From a virus, in the IMG/VR virus record IMGVR_UViG_3300003267_000287, positions 1-64,000 of that record: DNA of 64,000 nucleotides. One strand, 5' to 3'. Within the stretch, counting starts at the first letter, position 1. Every line of letters starts with the position of its first letter. The notes under the pieces were generated by a model that ran no database searches, had not been told where the DNA came from, and saw only the letters and a program-made list of their open reading frames with translations. The position numbers and the translations under genes were made by a program. Shown piece after piece: positions 9,157 to 19,231 of this stretch.

Positions 9157-12100
9157 ATGCCCGGGATCTTCGACCCGGGGATCTTCGATAGCGGAATCTT
9201 CGACACCGAGGGTGGCGGTGGCGGAAGCGGCACCTACACGCTCGATGCTGTCCTCCGTCGGACGTCGTCGGCGAGCTTCACGCTCGATGCCATCCGCCGG
9301 ACAGGGACGTCGGCGAGCTTCACGTTCGACGCGATCACCATTCTCAATACGACGCCAGGGATCGCCCAGTACGCGACGGGCAACGTCGGCATCACGATGG
9401 CCGGGGCGATCACCCAAGGGCACGGGCTGGGTCTGTTCCTGGGCGCCCGCGCCAGCGGCTCGATCGGTCCGTACACGGGTTGGACGCAGAGCCCGGACGG
9501 GGACGTCACGAACCCGTCCAACGGCGAGCACACGAACTACCACTACAAGACCGCTGGGGCGAGCGAGTCGACGACCGCGCCGTTCTCATCGTTCGACGCC
9601 GGTGGTGCATTCGTCGAATTCGACCAGGCGGTCCAGCTCGACGCCCACAACTTTGCGACGGGCACAAGCAGCACCCCGTCGGTCACGATCACGGCCTCCC
9701 GCAACGCGATCGTCTTTGCGGTCGTCGCCGAGGGCACCGACGGCGGCTGGGGCCCACAGACCTTCACGCCACCTGCGGGCTGGACCGAGATCTTCGATCA
9801 GCGGGTGGCTGGTGACCATCCGAGTGTGTGGGTCGGCTATCGGTCCCTGCCAAATGGCGGATCGATCACGGCCAACCCGGTCTGTTCTGGCTCGGGGTTC
9901 TACTCGATCCAGATCGTCTCGTTCATCGCGGTCACCCAGACCAAGTTCTACGCGCTCGACGCGATGCTCCGGCGGAGCACGAGCACCTCGTTCAGCCTCA
10001 ACGCGATCCTCAAGAAGACGGTCAGCGCGAGCTTCACGCTCAACGCCGTCATCCTGCGGCCGAACAGCCTGGCCCTCGACTCGATCTTCAAGCGCCTGCC
10101 AAGCGCGACGTTCACGTTCAACGCGGTCCTCGGACGGGGTGGCAGCTTCACGCTCAACTCGGTCCTCTACCGAGGCGGGACGGCGACCTTCACGCTCAAC
10201 GCGTTCTTCGTCTCGTTCCGGGGCAGCTTCACCCTCAACGCCCTGCTGTTCGGGACGACGACGAACGTCTTCTACATGCGGGCCGTCATCTACAACCCAG
10301 CCGAGGTCGGCCCGAACCCGGACGGCTCGGCCAAGGTCTTCATCCGGGTCAACGGCGTCGACATCACCGACGACGTCGTCTTCTCCGACGCGAAGTTCAC
10401 GACGCTGGTCAACGGCCAGGTCGGCGACTTCACCTGCCGGGTCCGGGACACGACCCGGACCAGGAACTTCACCACCGGCGCCGAGATCACGGTCGACATC
10501 AACGGGATCCGCCGGTTCGGCGGGTTCCTGACCCAGCCCAAGCGGATGTACGCCTTCCCGGCGCCGGATACCTCGAACATCAGTCGGGTCGATCGGTTCA
10601 TCGTTCTGCGTGGCACCGACTACAACATCCTCTTCCAGAAGCGGATCGTCTACGACAAGGCGAACCCGAAGAACGTCCGACTCCGCTCGTGGGATCCCGA
10701 TAGTCGCGACGACGTCGTCATCAAGTACGTCTTCGATCACTACACCGATCTCAACGCCGACGGAGTGACCTACGACGGGGTCACCCACGTCGACACCCCG
10801 AACCCAGACCGACGCGGCGTCATCGCCTCGGGCGGCCTGACGTTCGGGGACGCGATGCGCGAGATCAACCGGCTGATCAACGGCGTCTGGTACATCAACC
10901 CGTACAAGGAGCTGTGCTTCGTCGACGTCGACACGCCGACCGCGTCGAAGTCGATGTCGGACCGACCGGTCGGACCGAGTGAGGTCGGCTATCGCGACTT
11001 CACGATGACCGAGAACGCGGCCAACATGGTCAACGACGCGCTGATCTGGGGCGCCGGGACGGGCTCCACTCGAGTCGCGTTTGGCCGAGCGACCGACGAC
11101 GACTCGATCGCCGAGCACGGCCTGTGGCAGTTCGGCGAGTTCACCTCGGCGCTCTTCCGCCAGGCGTCGGTCAACAAGCGAGCGAACTCGATCGTCTACG
11201 GCTCGCCCGCGTCGAAGCGCGGCGGCAAGGATGATCAGGACAGCTGGATCGTGACGACGTATGACCAGTCGTTCAACGTCGGCGACAAAGTCACGATTGA
11301 GTCCGAGGTCTTCGGGACGAGCGACGTCGTGCCGATCCGGCGGATGACCGTGAGCTTCCCGACGAAGACGGACCCACGGTTCGATCTGGTACTCAGTCAC
11401 GAGATCGACCAGCCGTGGAACATGTTCGAGTTCTGGTTCCCGGAGTTCAACGTGCCGCCGATCGACGACATCGTCGTGGACCCCATCCCGGGTTGCGGAC
11501 CAACCGACGATTGCATCGCAGAGCCCGCAGAGTGCCCCGAGGTCGAGATCTCACACGACCTATTCACTCGGACGACGACGCCGTTCCGATCATCCAGCTT
11601 GCCCGGCTGGGGATCGCCTGGCGACACCGGGAACACGCTCGGGATGTACTGGCGGCACGTCGGCGGGAAGGAATACTGCGACGGGGCACGGGCTGTGATG
11701 TCCGTCTTGGACGTGTCCGAGACGAGCCCTGAGACCTGCAACGAGTACCTCGCGACCGCGTCGTTCACGCCGCACTACATCGCGAACATCGGCTCAGGGG
11801 ACGTGTTCCATTGGCGGATCGAAGACCTCCAGTTGACTGATGTCCAGGGTGGGCAGAACAGCGGGAACTCCATCTTCGACAGCGGCGGGTGGTGGTGGTT
11901 CGTCGGATACGCCAGCCCGACGTCGAATGGCGACGCCTACTACATCCGAGTCCGAAGCAACGACATCTGGGAGCTCTTCCTGATCCCGTCCGGCGATGGG
12001 CTCGGCGAGAACTACTCGACGAACCTGATCACGAGCGGCACCCGCGCTGGGGCTGACTTCGAGGTCGAGATCACCAACTCCGGCAATACGATGCGGATCG

Positions 12101-13227
12101 ACGGTTCGACCGTCACACTGGCCGTGCCGATCGCCGAGGGCCGAGTCGACTTCTCGCTGGTGCCGTACAACGTCACTTTCAACGGGCCCGCGCTCGATGT
12201 CGAAATGAGCATGGCCGCGATCTATCGGCTGGAGGCCGCGAGCTTCGACTGCGGGAGCAGCACCGGCTGTCTCGATCTCGAAGGTCTTCTCGTGCCATGG
12301 GGGGACGGCGATGCTCCCGAAGGCTTCTGCACGATCCCAGACTCGGGTCCCGGTGCCAATTCGTTCTGTGGCAGCGCGGACTCGATCCGGCTGTACAACG
12401 CCTGCACCTATCGCATCGAGTACCGGGTCTACTACCCGGGCACCGAGTGGTACTTCATCGCCGGAATGCCGGTCGGCGGCATGGGCACGCTGGTTATGGG
12501 TGGCACCCAGAACAACGAGGGCCTGCCGCCGGTCTACTACGCCTCGTTCCTGGTGACGACGGGTGGTGGAGCTGGCGGCTTCGGTGAGACGAATGTCGGG
12601 CTGTTCGCCCAGCCGCGCAGCCCGGGCTTCAGTGGTGCCTTCGGCGAGATCTTCGCCCGGGTCTACTACGTCGATGGGCCGGATCCCCGGTTCGACGGCG
12701 TTGCGCTGCCGAGCCCCGACAGCTGCCAGACGATCAACGACACCGGCGTGGTCGCCGCCGGGTATGGCAACACGGTCTTCCGAACGACGTACCCGTATGA
12801 GCCGGGCACGCTCCGTGTGTTCATCACGACGAATGGGGTCGAAGCGGAGATCTTCTTCTTCACCGAGACCGACCCTGCGAACGGGATCTTCACGATCACG
12901 GTCGGGCTGAACAACAACCAGACGATCCGGGTGACCTACCTCGCGGCGGGGTCGTCCCCAACGGCCAACGTGGTCAACACCGGCTGGGTTCGCGAGACCC
13001 TGACGAGCGGGCTCACGCGGATCGACTCGACCCACATCCGAACCTCAAGCGCCATCGTCCCAGGCACCTCGATCGTGTTCGTGAATGGCGAGTTCCAGCG
13101 TCCTGGGATCGCTCGGGAATACACCGAGTCGACCGCCCTCCAGGGGATTCTCCAGTTCAGCGACGTGGTGGCCGTCGGCGCCGAGGTCGTTGTCTTCTAC
13201 CAGGCGGACGGCCCCAGAGAGGACTAG
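9157..13227 (+). CDS. minor tail protein with 14-aa repeats and hub-like domain
   Basis: 1356 aa; GIFDPGIFDSGIFD N-term, FTL(D/N)AVL repeats, central domain paralogous to the next gene. Confidence 0.75.
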   Translation: MPGIFDPGIFDSGIFDTEGGGGGSGTYTLDAVLRRTSSASFTLDAIRRTGTSASFTFDAITILNTTPGIAQYATGNVGITMAGAITQGHGLGLFLGARASGSIGPYTGWTQSPDGDVTNPSNGEHTNYHYKTAGASESTTAPFSSFDAGGAFVEFDQAVQLDAHNFATGTSSTPSVTITASRNAIVFAVVAEGTDGGWGPQTFTPPAGWTEIFDQRVAGDHPSVWVGYRSLPNGGSITANPVCSGSGFYSIQIVSFIAVTQTKFYALDAMLRRSTSTSFSLNAILKKTVSASFTLNAVILRPNSLALDSIFKRLPSATFTFNAVLGRGGSFTLNSVLYRGGTATFTLNAFFVSFRGSFTLNALLFGTTTNVFYMRAVIYNPAEVGPNPDGSAKVFIRVNGVDITDDVVFSDAKFTTLVNGQVGDFTCRVRDTTRTRNFTTGAEITVDINGIRRFGGFLTQPKRMYAFPAPDTSNISRVDRFIVLRGTDYNILFQKRIVYDKANPKNVRLRSWDPDSRDDVVIKYVFDHYTDLNADGVTYDGVTHVDTPNPDRRGVIASGGLTFGDAMREINRLINGVWYINPYKELCFVDVDTPTASKSMSDRPVGPSEVGYRDFTMTENAANMVNDALIWGAGTGSTRVAFGRATDDDSIAEHGLWQFGEFTSALFRQASVNKRANSIVYGSPASKRGGKDDQDSWIVTTYDQSFNVGDKVTIESEVFGTSDVVPIRRMTVSFPTKTDPRFDLVLSHEIDQPWNMFEFWFPEFNVPPIDDIVVDPIPGCGPTDDCIAEPAECPEVEISHDLFTRTTTPFRSSSLPGWGSPGDTGNTLGMYWRHVGGKEYCDGARAVMSVLDVSETSPETCNEYLATASFTPHYIANIGSGDVFHWRIEDLQLTDVQGGQNSGNSIFDSGGWWWFVGYASPTSNGDAYYIRVRSNDIWELFLIPSGDGLGENYSTNLITSGTRAGADFEVEITNSGNTMRIDGSTVTLAVPIAEGRVDFSLVPYNVTFNGPALDVEMSMAAIYRLEAASFDCGSSTGCLDLEGLLVPWGDGDAPEGFCTIPDSGPGANSFCGSADSIRLYNACTYRIEYRVYYPGTEWYFIAGMPVGGMGTLVMGGTQNNEGLPPVYYASFLVTTGGGAGGFGETNVGLFAQPRSPGFSGAFGEIFARVYYVDGPDPRFDGVALPSPDSCQTINDTGVVAAGYGNTVFRTTYPYEPGTLRVFITTNGVEAEIFFFTETDPANGIFTITVGLNNNQTIRVTYLAAGSSPTANVVNTGWVRETLTSGLTRIDSTHIRTSSAIVPGTSIVFVNGEFQRPGIAREYTESTALQGILQFSDVVAVGAEVVVFYQADGPRED

Positions 13228-13230
13228 CGC

Positions 13231-14826
13231 GTGCCCTTCATTCCGGCCTCTTCCATCACGATTACGGTCGGCGGAACGGACGTCACGCGCTTCGTCCTCT
13301 TCTCATCTGCCCGGTTCGAGTCGCAGCTCGGCGCGGTCCCAGGGACGGCCGAAATGCTTCTCAAGGACGTCGATCAGGATCTCGACTTCACCACCGGCGA
13401 CGAATGGACGGTCGACGTCGACGGCATCCGGCTGTGGGGCGGGTACGTCCTCAATGCCGGTCGGACCTTCGCCTTCCCGGCAGTCGACACGACGGTCCCG
13501 GGCGATGTGACCGCCCGCCAGTGGCGGCTGGTCGGGGTCGACTACAACATCCTGTTCGACAAGCGGGTCATCCACAACCCAGCCAACCACACTGCCCACT
13601 TCCCGTACTTCGCGCTCAACCTGACGATGGGCGAGCTGCTTCGGGACCAGCTCTTCGCCGACTACCTCGACATCAGCGGTGACGGACTCGACACGACGAC
13701 CTACGTCGACGACGGGTTCGCACCGCGCTTCGACGCCGACGGCAACCCAGATCCCGACGGGACGAAGCAGGGCTCGTGGCCTCAGCAGGGCTCGTACTGG
13801 CGGGTCGCGATGGAGGACTTCGCCCAGTTCGGCTTCGTCTACTACATCGACGCCAGCAAGAACGTTCACTTCCACGAGGCTGAGGAGACGCTCGCGTCGT
13901 GGGGCTTCAGCGATGTCCCCAACGAACTGCCGCTGCCGACGTCGGGCGCGACGTACGGGATGCGCGAGTTCGAGGAGATCGACGACGCCTCGGCGATGTC
14001 CAACGACGCGTTCGTGTGGGGTGGCTCCGAGTGGGCAGGGACCGCAGGCGGAACGGTCTTCGCCCGCAAGCAGAACGCGAGCTCGATCTCAGCTCACCGG
14101 CGCTGGCAGTACGCCGAGACGCGCTTTGGTGATCTGAAGAGCCAGGGTGAGGTGACCGCCCGAGCGAACGTCATCGTGTCGGGCAACACGACGGGTGCGG
14201 TCGGTGGCGACACGGCCCGTGGCCTTGCCGTCGACCAGCGTCAGATCCGCTGCGCCTGGTTCGCCCACGACGTCCCGACCCTGTCGGGCAACAAGGTCCA
14301 TCTCCATCCGGGCGACGTCGTGACCTTCACGATGTACGTCCTGACGACCGACGGGATCAACCCGCTCGTCGTGATCCTGCCGCTCCGGAGCGTGTCGATC
14401 ACGTTCCCGACCCTGCCGTCCGACGGCGCCTCGCCTGAAGAGCCGAAGACCTACATCCGGTTCGATGGGTTCTTCGGGGTCCAGCTGTCGGACCCGTGGT
14501 GGCTCTGGAAGCTCCTTCGCGACACGGCCAAGAAGACCAGCCCGACGGTCTTCGCGGCGGCCGATGGCACGACGACCTCGGTTGTGTACGGGACGTTCGC
14601 CTCGCTCCCGTTCAACGAGTCGCCCGACGGCTCGCGGGTGAACTTCTCGATCAACTTCGCCTACATCTCGGGCACGACCGCGGTCTACAAGAACAAGCTC
14701 CTCCAGTCGCCGGGGGTCCACTACACCGAGTCGGACTCGGGGAACGGCGTCATCACGTTCATCACGGCTCCGTCGGGGGGCGATGAGCTGTGGATCACGT
14801 GCCGTCTTGCGGGCGGCATTGAGTAG
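13231..14826 (+). CDS. minor tail (hub-like) protein
   Basis: 531 aa; shares GIRxxGG, AFPAxDT, DYNILFxKR, NDAxxWG with the upstream gene. Confidence 0.7.
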   Translation: MPFIPASSITITVGGTDVTRFVLFSSARFESQLGAVPGTAEMLLKDVDQDLDFTTGDEWTVDVDGIRLWGGYVLNAGRTFAFPAVDTTVPGDVTARQWRLVGVDYNILFDKRVIHNPANHTAHFPYFALNLTMGELLRDQLFADYLDISGDGLDTTTYVDDGFAPRFDADGNPDPDGTKQGSWPQQGSYWRVAMEDFAQFGFVYYIDASKNVHFHEAEETLASWGFSDVPNELPLPTSGATYGMREFEEIDDASAMSNDAFVWGGSEWAGTAGGTVFARKQNASSISAHRRWQYAETRFGDLKSQGEVTARANVIVSGNTTGAVGGDTARGLAVDQRQIRCAWFAHDVPTLSGNKVHLHPGDVVTFTMYVLTTDGINPLVVILPLRSVSITFPTLPSDGASPEEPKTYIRFDGFFGVQLSDPWWLWKLLRDTAKKTSPTVFAAADGTTTSVVYGTFASLPFNESPDGSRVNFSINFAYISGTTAVYKNKLLQSPGVHYTESDSGNGVITFITAPSGGDELWITCRLAGGIE

Positions 14827-14845
14827 CTCGTAGAGGGAGAAGGGA

Positions 14846-15412
14846 ATGGCCTACCGACCCACGTTCCGGAAGCAGGCCGATGGGAGCCGCTGCCAGTGGT
14901 ACAACTGCAACCCGACCTCGCACGCGATGGCGGCTGACCGCCATCAGCGCGGGATCGATCCGCCGGGCACCGCGCTCTGGAAGCCGACCGGCGCCTACAT
15001 CCGCTCGTTCATCCCGGGCGGCTGTGGTGGAACCACCCTGAACGAGAACGAGACGGTGCTGATCAACAAGTACCGGATCGACATGCTCGTTCGGTACAAC
15101 ATCCCGTGGGACACGTTCCGCTCGATGATCATCGCCGGTCGAGGGGCCGTGGTGAACATCCGCTACAGCGTGATCGCGCCCACCCGGTTCGACGCCTCCC
15201 CGGGTTTCACCGGTGGTCATGCCATCTACGTCAACGAGCGCCGCTCGAGCGACGGGGCCTTCCTCGTCTACGACCCGCTTGCTGACGGACGCCGAACGGG
15301 GATCCCGAAGGGCCCACAGTGGTGGCCCGGCGCGCTCCTCAAGGCAGCTGCCGGTTCCTGGACGGGAACCGGCTTGGTCGACGCATCCCTCACCCGCGAC
15401 ACGGAGGCGTAA
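14846..15412 (+). CDS. papain-fold (C39-like) peptidase, probable endolysin
   Basis: Q..NC, GHAIYV, LVYDPL pattern; follows tail genes and precedes membrane ORFs. Confidence 0.65.
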   Translation: MAYRPTFRKQADGSRCQWYNCNPTSHAMAADRHQRGIDPPGTALWKPTGAYIRSFIPGGCGGTTLNENETVLINKYRIDMLVRYNIPWDTFRSMIIAGRGAVVNIRYSVIAPTRFDASPGFTGGHAIYVNERRSSDGAFLVYDPLADGRRTGIPKGPQWWPGALLKAAAGSWTGTGLVDASLTRDTEA

Positions 15413-15414
15413 TC

Positions 15415-15576
15415 ATGCCCGCCCCCAAGGCGAATGCCCCAATCAACGAGCACCGCAAGCACGTCGAAGAGTTCCTCAAGCTCAAGGATGACAAGCATCT
15501 GAAGGAGCCGAAGGACCGCTACGTGAAGACCGATCGTCCACCCGAGGACGACAACTACAAGCCCAAGGAGTGGTAG
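15415..15576 (+). CDS. small hypothetical protein
   Basis: ATG with GGAGG SD; MPAPKANAP... Confidence 0.6.
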   Translation: MPAPKANAPINEHRKHVEEFLKLKDDKHLKEPKDRYVKTDRPPEDDNYKPKEW

Positions 15577-15580
15577 AGCT

Positions 15581-15817
15581 ATGGCCGTCACCGATACGCT
15601 CACCGACGGGACTGGAGTCAGCGCGATCACCAGCAGCAAGCTGGTCAAGGACATCGTCCTCGACTTCCTGCTGGCGCTCCCACCGGCCCTCCTCGCCGTC
15701 AATGTCACCGACCTGAGCACCGCCGTCGCCTCGACGGGCGTGGTGATCTTCGCGGTCGGCGACGTGTTCTTCCGGGTTGGCTACCGGGCCGCGCTGCGCT
15801 GGGCGCAGTCGGCCTGA
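15581..15817 (+). CDS. holin-like membrane protein
   Basis: 78 aa, two hydrophobic segments, lysis position. Confidence 0.55.
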   Translation: MAVTDTLTDGTGVSAITSSKLVKDIVLDFLLALPPALLAVNVTDLSTAVASTGVVIFAVGDVFFRVGYRAALRWAQSA

Positions 15818-15999
15818 TGGCCGCAGAGGGGCGTCTCTGGGTCGACCGTCCCGTGCGGAAGGCTGAAAACTACGGGGCGCCCCTCAAGTGCCCGAAGTGT
15901 CCGCCCAAGCACTACTACGGGATGCTCTGGCTCCCGAACGTGAAGTCTCATCCCTGTCCGAACTGTGACACGCGGCTCGTGTCAGTGAAGAGACGATGA
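15817..15999 (+). CDS. small zinc-ribbon protein
   Basis: CPKC...CPNC. Confidence 0.6.
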   Translation: MAAEGRLWVDRPVRKAENYGAPLKCPKCPPKHYYGMLWLPNVKSHPCPNCDTRLVSVKRR

Positions 16000-16000
16000 C

Positions 16001-16258
16001 ATGCCCAACGACCCGCTCTCGCTCGTCATCACCGGCGGTGCGGCCGGGGCTCTGTTCTATGTCCTCCGCTTGCTTATCGAGGGTAAACTTCATACGAACA
16101 GCGAAGTCGACGGCCTCCGGGCCGACATCGCTGATCTAAAGAAGATCAACGCCTCGCAGGCGGAGGCACTCAAAGCGTCCAATGAGCAGCAGAACCAGGT
16201 GCTTCGCATCCTTCGATCTCTGCCGATTGCTGTCTTCGACCGGCAGGTCGACGAGTGA
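16001..16258 (+). CDS. membrane-anchored coiled-coil protein
   Basis: N-terminal TM then heptad-like stretch. Confidence 0.65.
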   Translation: MPNDPLSLVITGGAAGALFYVLRLLIEGKLHTNSEVDGLRADIADLKKINASQAEALKASNEQQNQVLRILRSLPIAVFDRQVDE

Positions 16259-16449
16259 ACGCCGGGTTCCCCCAGTGGCTGCGAAGGGGACTGCGGATGT
16301 TGCGTCACCCGGTCAAAAGGGATCCTGAAGTCCTTCAGCAGAAGCGGGATGCCGCCAAGGCCCTCCGCCAGCATGGACGTCTACTAAAAGAAATCGCCGC
16401 GATCCAGCGTGAGCTGGAACGGTATGGAGGGACCGCGAAAGGGAATTAG
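16255..16449 (+). CDS. hypothetical protein
   Basis: GTGA coupling to upstream ORF. Confidence 0.55.
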   Translation: MNAGFPQWLRRGLRMLRHPVKRDPEVLQQKRDAAKALRQHGRLLKEIAAIQRELERYGGTAKGN

Positions 16450-16452
16450 GAA

Positions 16453-16770
16453 GTGAGCGATCCACTCGCCCACCTCCTCGTCGCCGCTGCCCTCATCCTC
16501 ACAGGCGTTCAGACCATCTCGCTCATCTGGACCTCGCGGATCGCCAGCGATCTCGCCGGTCTCGAGGGTGGGGACTTGGCCAAGCTCCTGCGGACGATGG
16601 CCCGAGCGGTCTTCGTGGCCCAGATCCTTTCCCTCGCTCGAGCGATCCTCATCGACACCGCTCCGGACGACACGCTCGAGCTCCGGGTCGTCCTGTTCAT
16701 CCTCGAAGAGATCGTGGTCGTCACGGCCTCGATCGTGGTGATGCTGCGGGCCCGGCGGCTTACCAGCTGA
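16453..16770 (+). CDS. three-TM membrane protein
   Basis: three hydrophobic segments. Confidence 0.65.
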   Translation: MSDPLAHLLVAAALILTGVQTISLIWTSRIASDLAGLEGGDLAKLLRTMARAVFVAQILSLARAILIDTAPDDTLELRVVLFILEEIVVVTASIVVMLRARRLTS

Positions 16771-17503
16771 TCCTGATCTTGTTGCTGGGCAGTCGCGAGT
16801 AGGCATCCCAGTAGAGGTCGATCAGCTTCTCGTAGGATCGCCCCTTGTAGCACTGGCACCAATCGATTAGCTTGATGCGAAGGGTGACCGAGCCCGACCG
16901 CACCGTCACCGTCTTGCCGCGCCAGTGGGCGCCCAAGGCGGCGCGGAGTCTCGGCCCAGCCGCCCCGTAGAGGTCCACGCCGGGCCCATCTGGGTACCGA
17001 TAGTGGCAGACGCTTCGGCCAGCTCGGCAATACCAGCTGGCCAAGCCAGAGAGGGAGTGGCGTAGTGGTTGCGCTGACGGTCGGACAGTTCCAGTTGATC
17101 CTGGGGCTGGCTGTGCTACTGGGGGTCGGACTGGCGCTGATCGGCGTGGGCCTGCTGCTCGATCTTCGGGCGGCACGTACAGCTGCGCGGGACGAGCTGC
17201 TGAAGCCCGAGGTCGTTCGCGTTCGCCTGGAACAGACGGCACGGGACTAAACGGAAGATCTAGTACGAGCGGCTCGCTGATCGGAGTCGCTGAGCTGAGT
17301 CCAGTCAGGCTGAAGATCGCCCCCACCGCCAGGAGCAATCCGACGCGGTGGGGGTGTCTTCGTGTTACCCCCCGTTCGCGGTTCGACTGGTCCAGCTGAA
17401 CCAGGTCGCGATCTTGTCCACTCCGCAGATCAGGAGCATCAGCGCGTCGTCGGTGGTGTAGCGGTCGGCGTGGCCGTTCCGGATCGATCGGTCGTTGAGC
17501 CAT
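16760..17503 (-). CDS. RlpA-like double-psi beta-barrel protein (true start probably near 17340)
   Basis: GLASWY, YGAAGP, KTVTV, IKLIDWCQC, LIDLYWDAY; signal-like segment and Pro-rich linker. Confidence 0.7.
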   Translation of the reverse strand: MAQRPIDPERPRRPLHHRRRADAPDLRSGQDRDLVQLDQSNRERGVTRRHPHRVGLLLAVGAIFSLTGLSSATPISEPLVLDLPFSPVPSVPGERERPRASAARPAQLYVPPEDRAAGPRRSAPVRPPVAQPAPGSTGTVRPSAQPLRHSLSGLASWYCRAGRSVCHYRYPDGPGVDLYGAAGPRLRAALGAHWRGKTVTVRSGSVTLRIKLIDWCQCYKGRSYEKLIDLYWDAYSRLPSNKIRISW

Positions 17504-17826
17504 TGGACTGTCTCCTCGAAGGGGATCTTGAGGATGGCCGTCCGGTAGACGACTTCGTACTCACGGGGGCTCCGCTGCCGTAGCTTGCGGAACGCCCGGG
17601 TGGATTTCACCCGGGGCTCAGGGTTCTCCGCCCACTTCCGATCGTCGAACTGATCGACGCGTCCGCTGATCCAGCGGTAGAAGTCCCGTCCCCATTCGGG
17701 AGTCCCACCTTCACTCACGTCGCGAGAGTGGATCTTCGTGGGCAGCTCGTCCTCCCAATACGAGGCGAGTTCCCACATCGTGCGAAACGTGTCGCGGAGA
17801 ACGTCTTGCGGGATCGTGACGGTCAC
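17365..17826 (-). CDS. hypothetical protein
   Basis: 153 aa, protein-like composition, GGGAGAAGGGG upstream. Confidence 0.7.
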   Translation of the reverse strand: MTVTIPQDVLRDTFRTMWELASYWEDELPTKIHSRDVSEGGTPEWGRDFYRWISGRVDQFDDRKWAENPEPRVKSTRAFRKLRQRSPREYEVVYRTAILKIPFEETVQWLNDRSIRNGHADRYTTDDALMLLICGVDKIATWFSWTSRTANGG

Positions 17827-17862
17827 TTGACTCTGCCCCTTCTCCCGCAGGCAGGCTGAGTA

Positions 17863-18369
17863 TCACATAGTGTCAAGCTCTCCGACTCGTCGTTTTCGAC
17901 CAGCGTCGTCGAACGACCACGCCTCGACCGGGATGTTCCGAGCGAGCGCCGCCTCGACGACGTGGCCGGTCCCGCCTTCCATCACATGATCTTCCGAAAA
18001 GTAGGCGATGACTCGATCAGCAGCGGAGACGAGCTCGAAGTCCCGGCGGTAGGTCTGATCGCGACCACCTGGTTCTGGCTCGAACCAGATCGCCGACAGC
18101 CCGCGCTCCTGGAAGGCGGGCCAGTCGAGCATCCCCGCAATCACCCCATCGTGGAGCGATGCCGGGCCGAGCCGTGGTCGCCGGAGCAGGACGAACGAGT
18201 CGAGGGGCAGCTCGTTCAGCGTCGCCGCGATGTCGCTGTAGAGGCGGAGGGTGGTGATGAGGTGGGAGGCGACGACGGCAAGGTGAACGGGTCGTCCGGC
18301 ACCGAGCTGATCTCGATCTCCACCCTCGGGTTCGGCTCCAGGGTCGAGACGCTCTTGGACATCACGCAT
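17863..18369 (-). CDS. SLOG-superfamily protein (start uncertain)
   Basis: RDFELVSAADRVIAYF...GGTGHVVEAALARNIPV. Confidence 0.65.
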   Translation of the reverse strand: MRDVQERLDPGAEPEGGDRDQLGAGRPVHLAVVASHLITTLRLYSDIAATLNELPLDSFVLLRRPRLGPASLHDGVIAGMLDWPAFQERGLSAIWFEPEPGGRDQTYRRDFELVSAADRVIAYFSEDHVMEGGTGHVVEAALARNIPVEAWSFDDAGRKRRVGELDTM

Positions 18370-18692
18370 GGCAGGAAGCGCTCATCGTTCACGCCGATCG
18401 CGATCGCGATGGCGTCGTTCAGGGCCTTCAGGGCGTTGTCGCAGTCGATCGATCGCCGCAAGAAGAAGCGATAGCGTAGTCGGATCCACGTGCCGCTCGG
18501 TTGCCAGCGCGATGGCTTCGCGACGCGCGCGATCCCAACGACGGCGGTCTGATAGTCCGCGACGGCGGTCTGTTTGGCGATCCCAATCCGACGGACGATG
18601 TTCCCGTCGGTCCCCCGCTTCTTGATCATCACCGGCTTGTAGGAATGGTTGACTGACGGTGGTTGTCCCGGGATGGTGACGGTCCATGTCAT
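18216..18692 (-). CDS. rusA: RusA-family Holliday junction resolvase
   Basis: IPGQPPSVNHSY; DCDNALKALNDA; PRVEIEI. Confidence 0.85.
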   Translation of the reverse strand: MTWTVTIPGQPPSVNHSYKPVMIKKRGTDGNIVRRIGIAKQTAVADYQTAVVGIARVAKPSRWQPSGTWIRLRYRFFLRRSIDCDNALKALNDAIAIAIGVNDERFLPCVMSKSVSTLEPNPRVEIEISSVPDDPFTLPSSPPTSSPPSASTATSRRR

Positions 18693-19132
18693 TGAGCACC
18701 CTGTTCGGCCCGGTGCCATCGGAGGAGCGCTGAACAGCGGCGCGAACAGACCCGGGCCCGTCCGTTCTCGTACTCCGCCCAGCGAGGCTTGAACTGGTTC
18801 CCGCAGCCCGGACGAGCGCAGGTGACCAGCCGATCCCGATGCTCGGCGAGCTGCTCGGGACTCTTGGTGAACTTCTCGCGGTTGCAGGTCAGGCAGCAGC
18901 GGACGATGTTCGAGGCGACGTTGCGACCGCCCCGGTCGAGCGGGATGACGTGGTCGAACGTCCCCTGGCCGCGCTCGAGGTGGATCCCGCAGTACACGCA
19001 GGTCAGGCTCGCGGTTTCGATCCAGGCCAGCTCGATGGCCTGCACCGTGCCGCGGATGCCGAGGCGGCGGGCCTTGGTGTTGTAGGCCGAGGCGATCCGG
19101 ACAAGCCGCCGCTGTTCAGCGGTCTGCGTCAC
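18689..19132 (-). CDS. HNH endonuclease
   Basis: CVYCG...DHVIPLDRGGRN...NIVRCCLTCNREK plus C-terminal zinc finger. Confidence 0.9.
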   Translation of the reverse strand: MTQTAEQRRLVRIASAYNTKARRLGIRGTVQAIELAWIETASLTCVYCGIHLERGQGTFDHVIPLDRGGRNVASNIVRCCLTCNREKFTKSPEQLAEHRDRLVTCARPGCGNQFKPRWAEYENGRARVCSRRCSALLRWHRAEQGAQ

Positions 19133-19231
19133 GCCGACGTCCGAAGTCGCAGTTGAATCGGGAGCGGAACGTCCCGGTCGAGAACCACGTCTCGATGACC
19201 TTCTCGCGCGACAGGCCAGTCGCAGTCATCA

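Noticed and set aside
4175-14721. Long minus-strand ORFs (762, 504, 604, 413 aa)
   Set aside because: Antisense shadows of tail genes in high-GC DNA; no motifs
6976-14826. Diversity-generating retroelement target
   Set aside because: No reverse transcriptase or template/variable repeat pair seen
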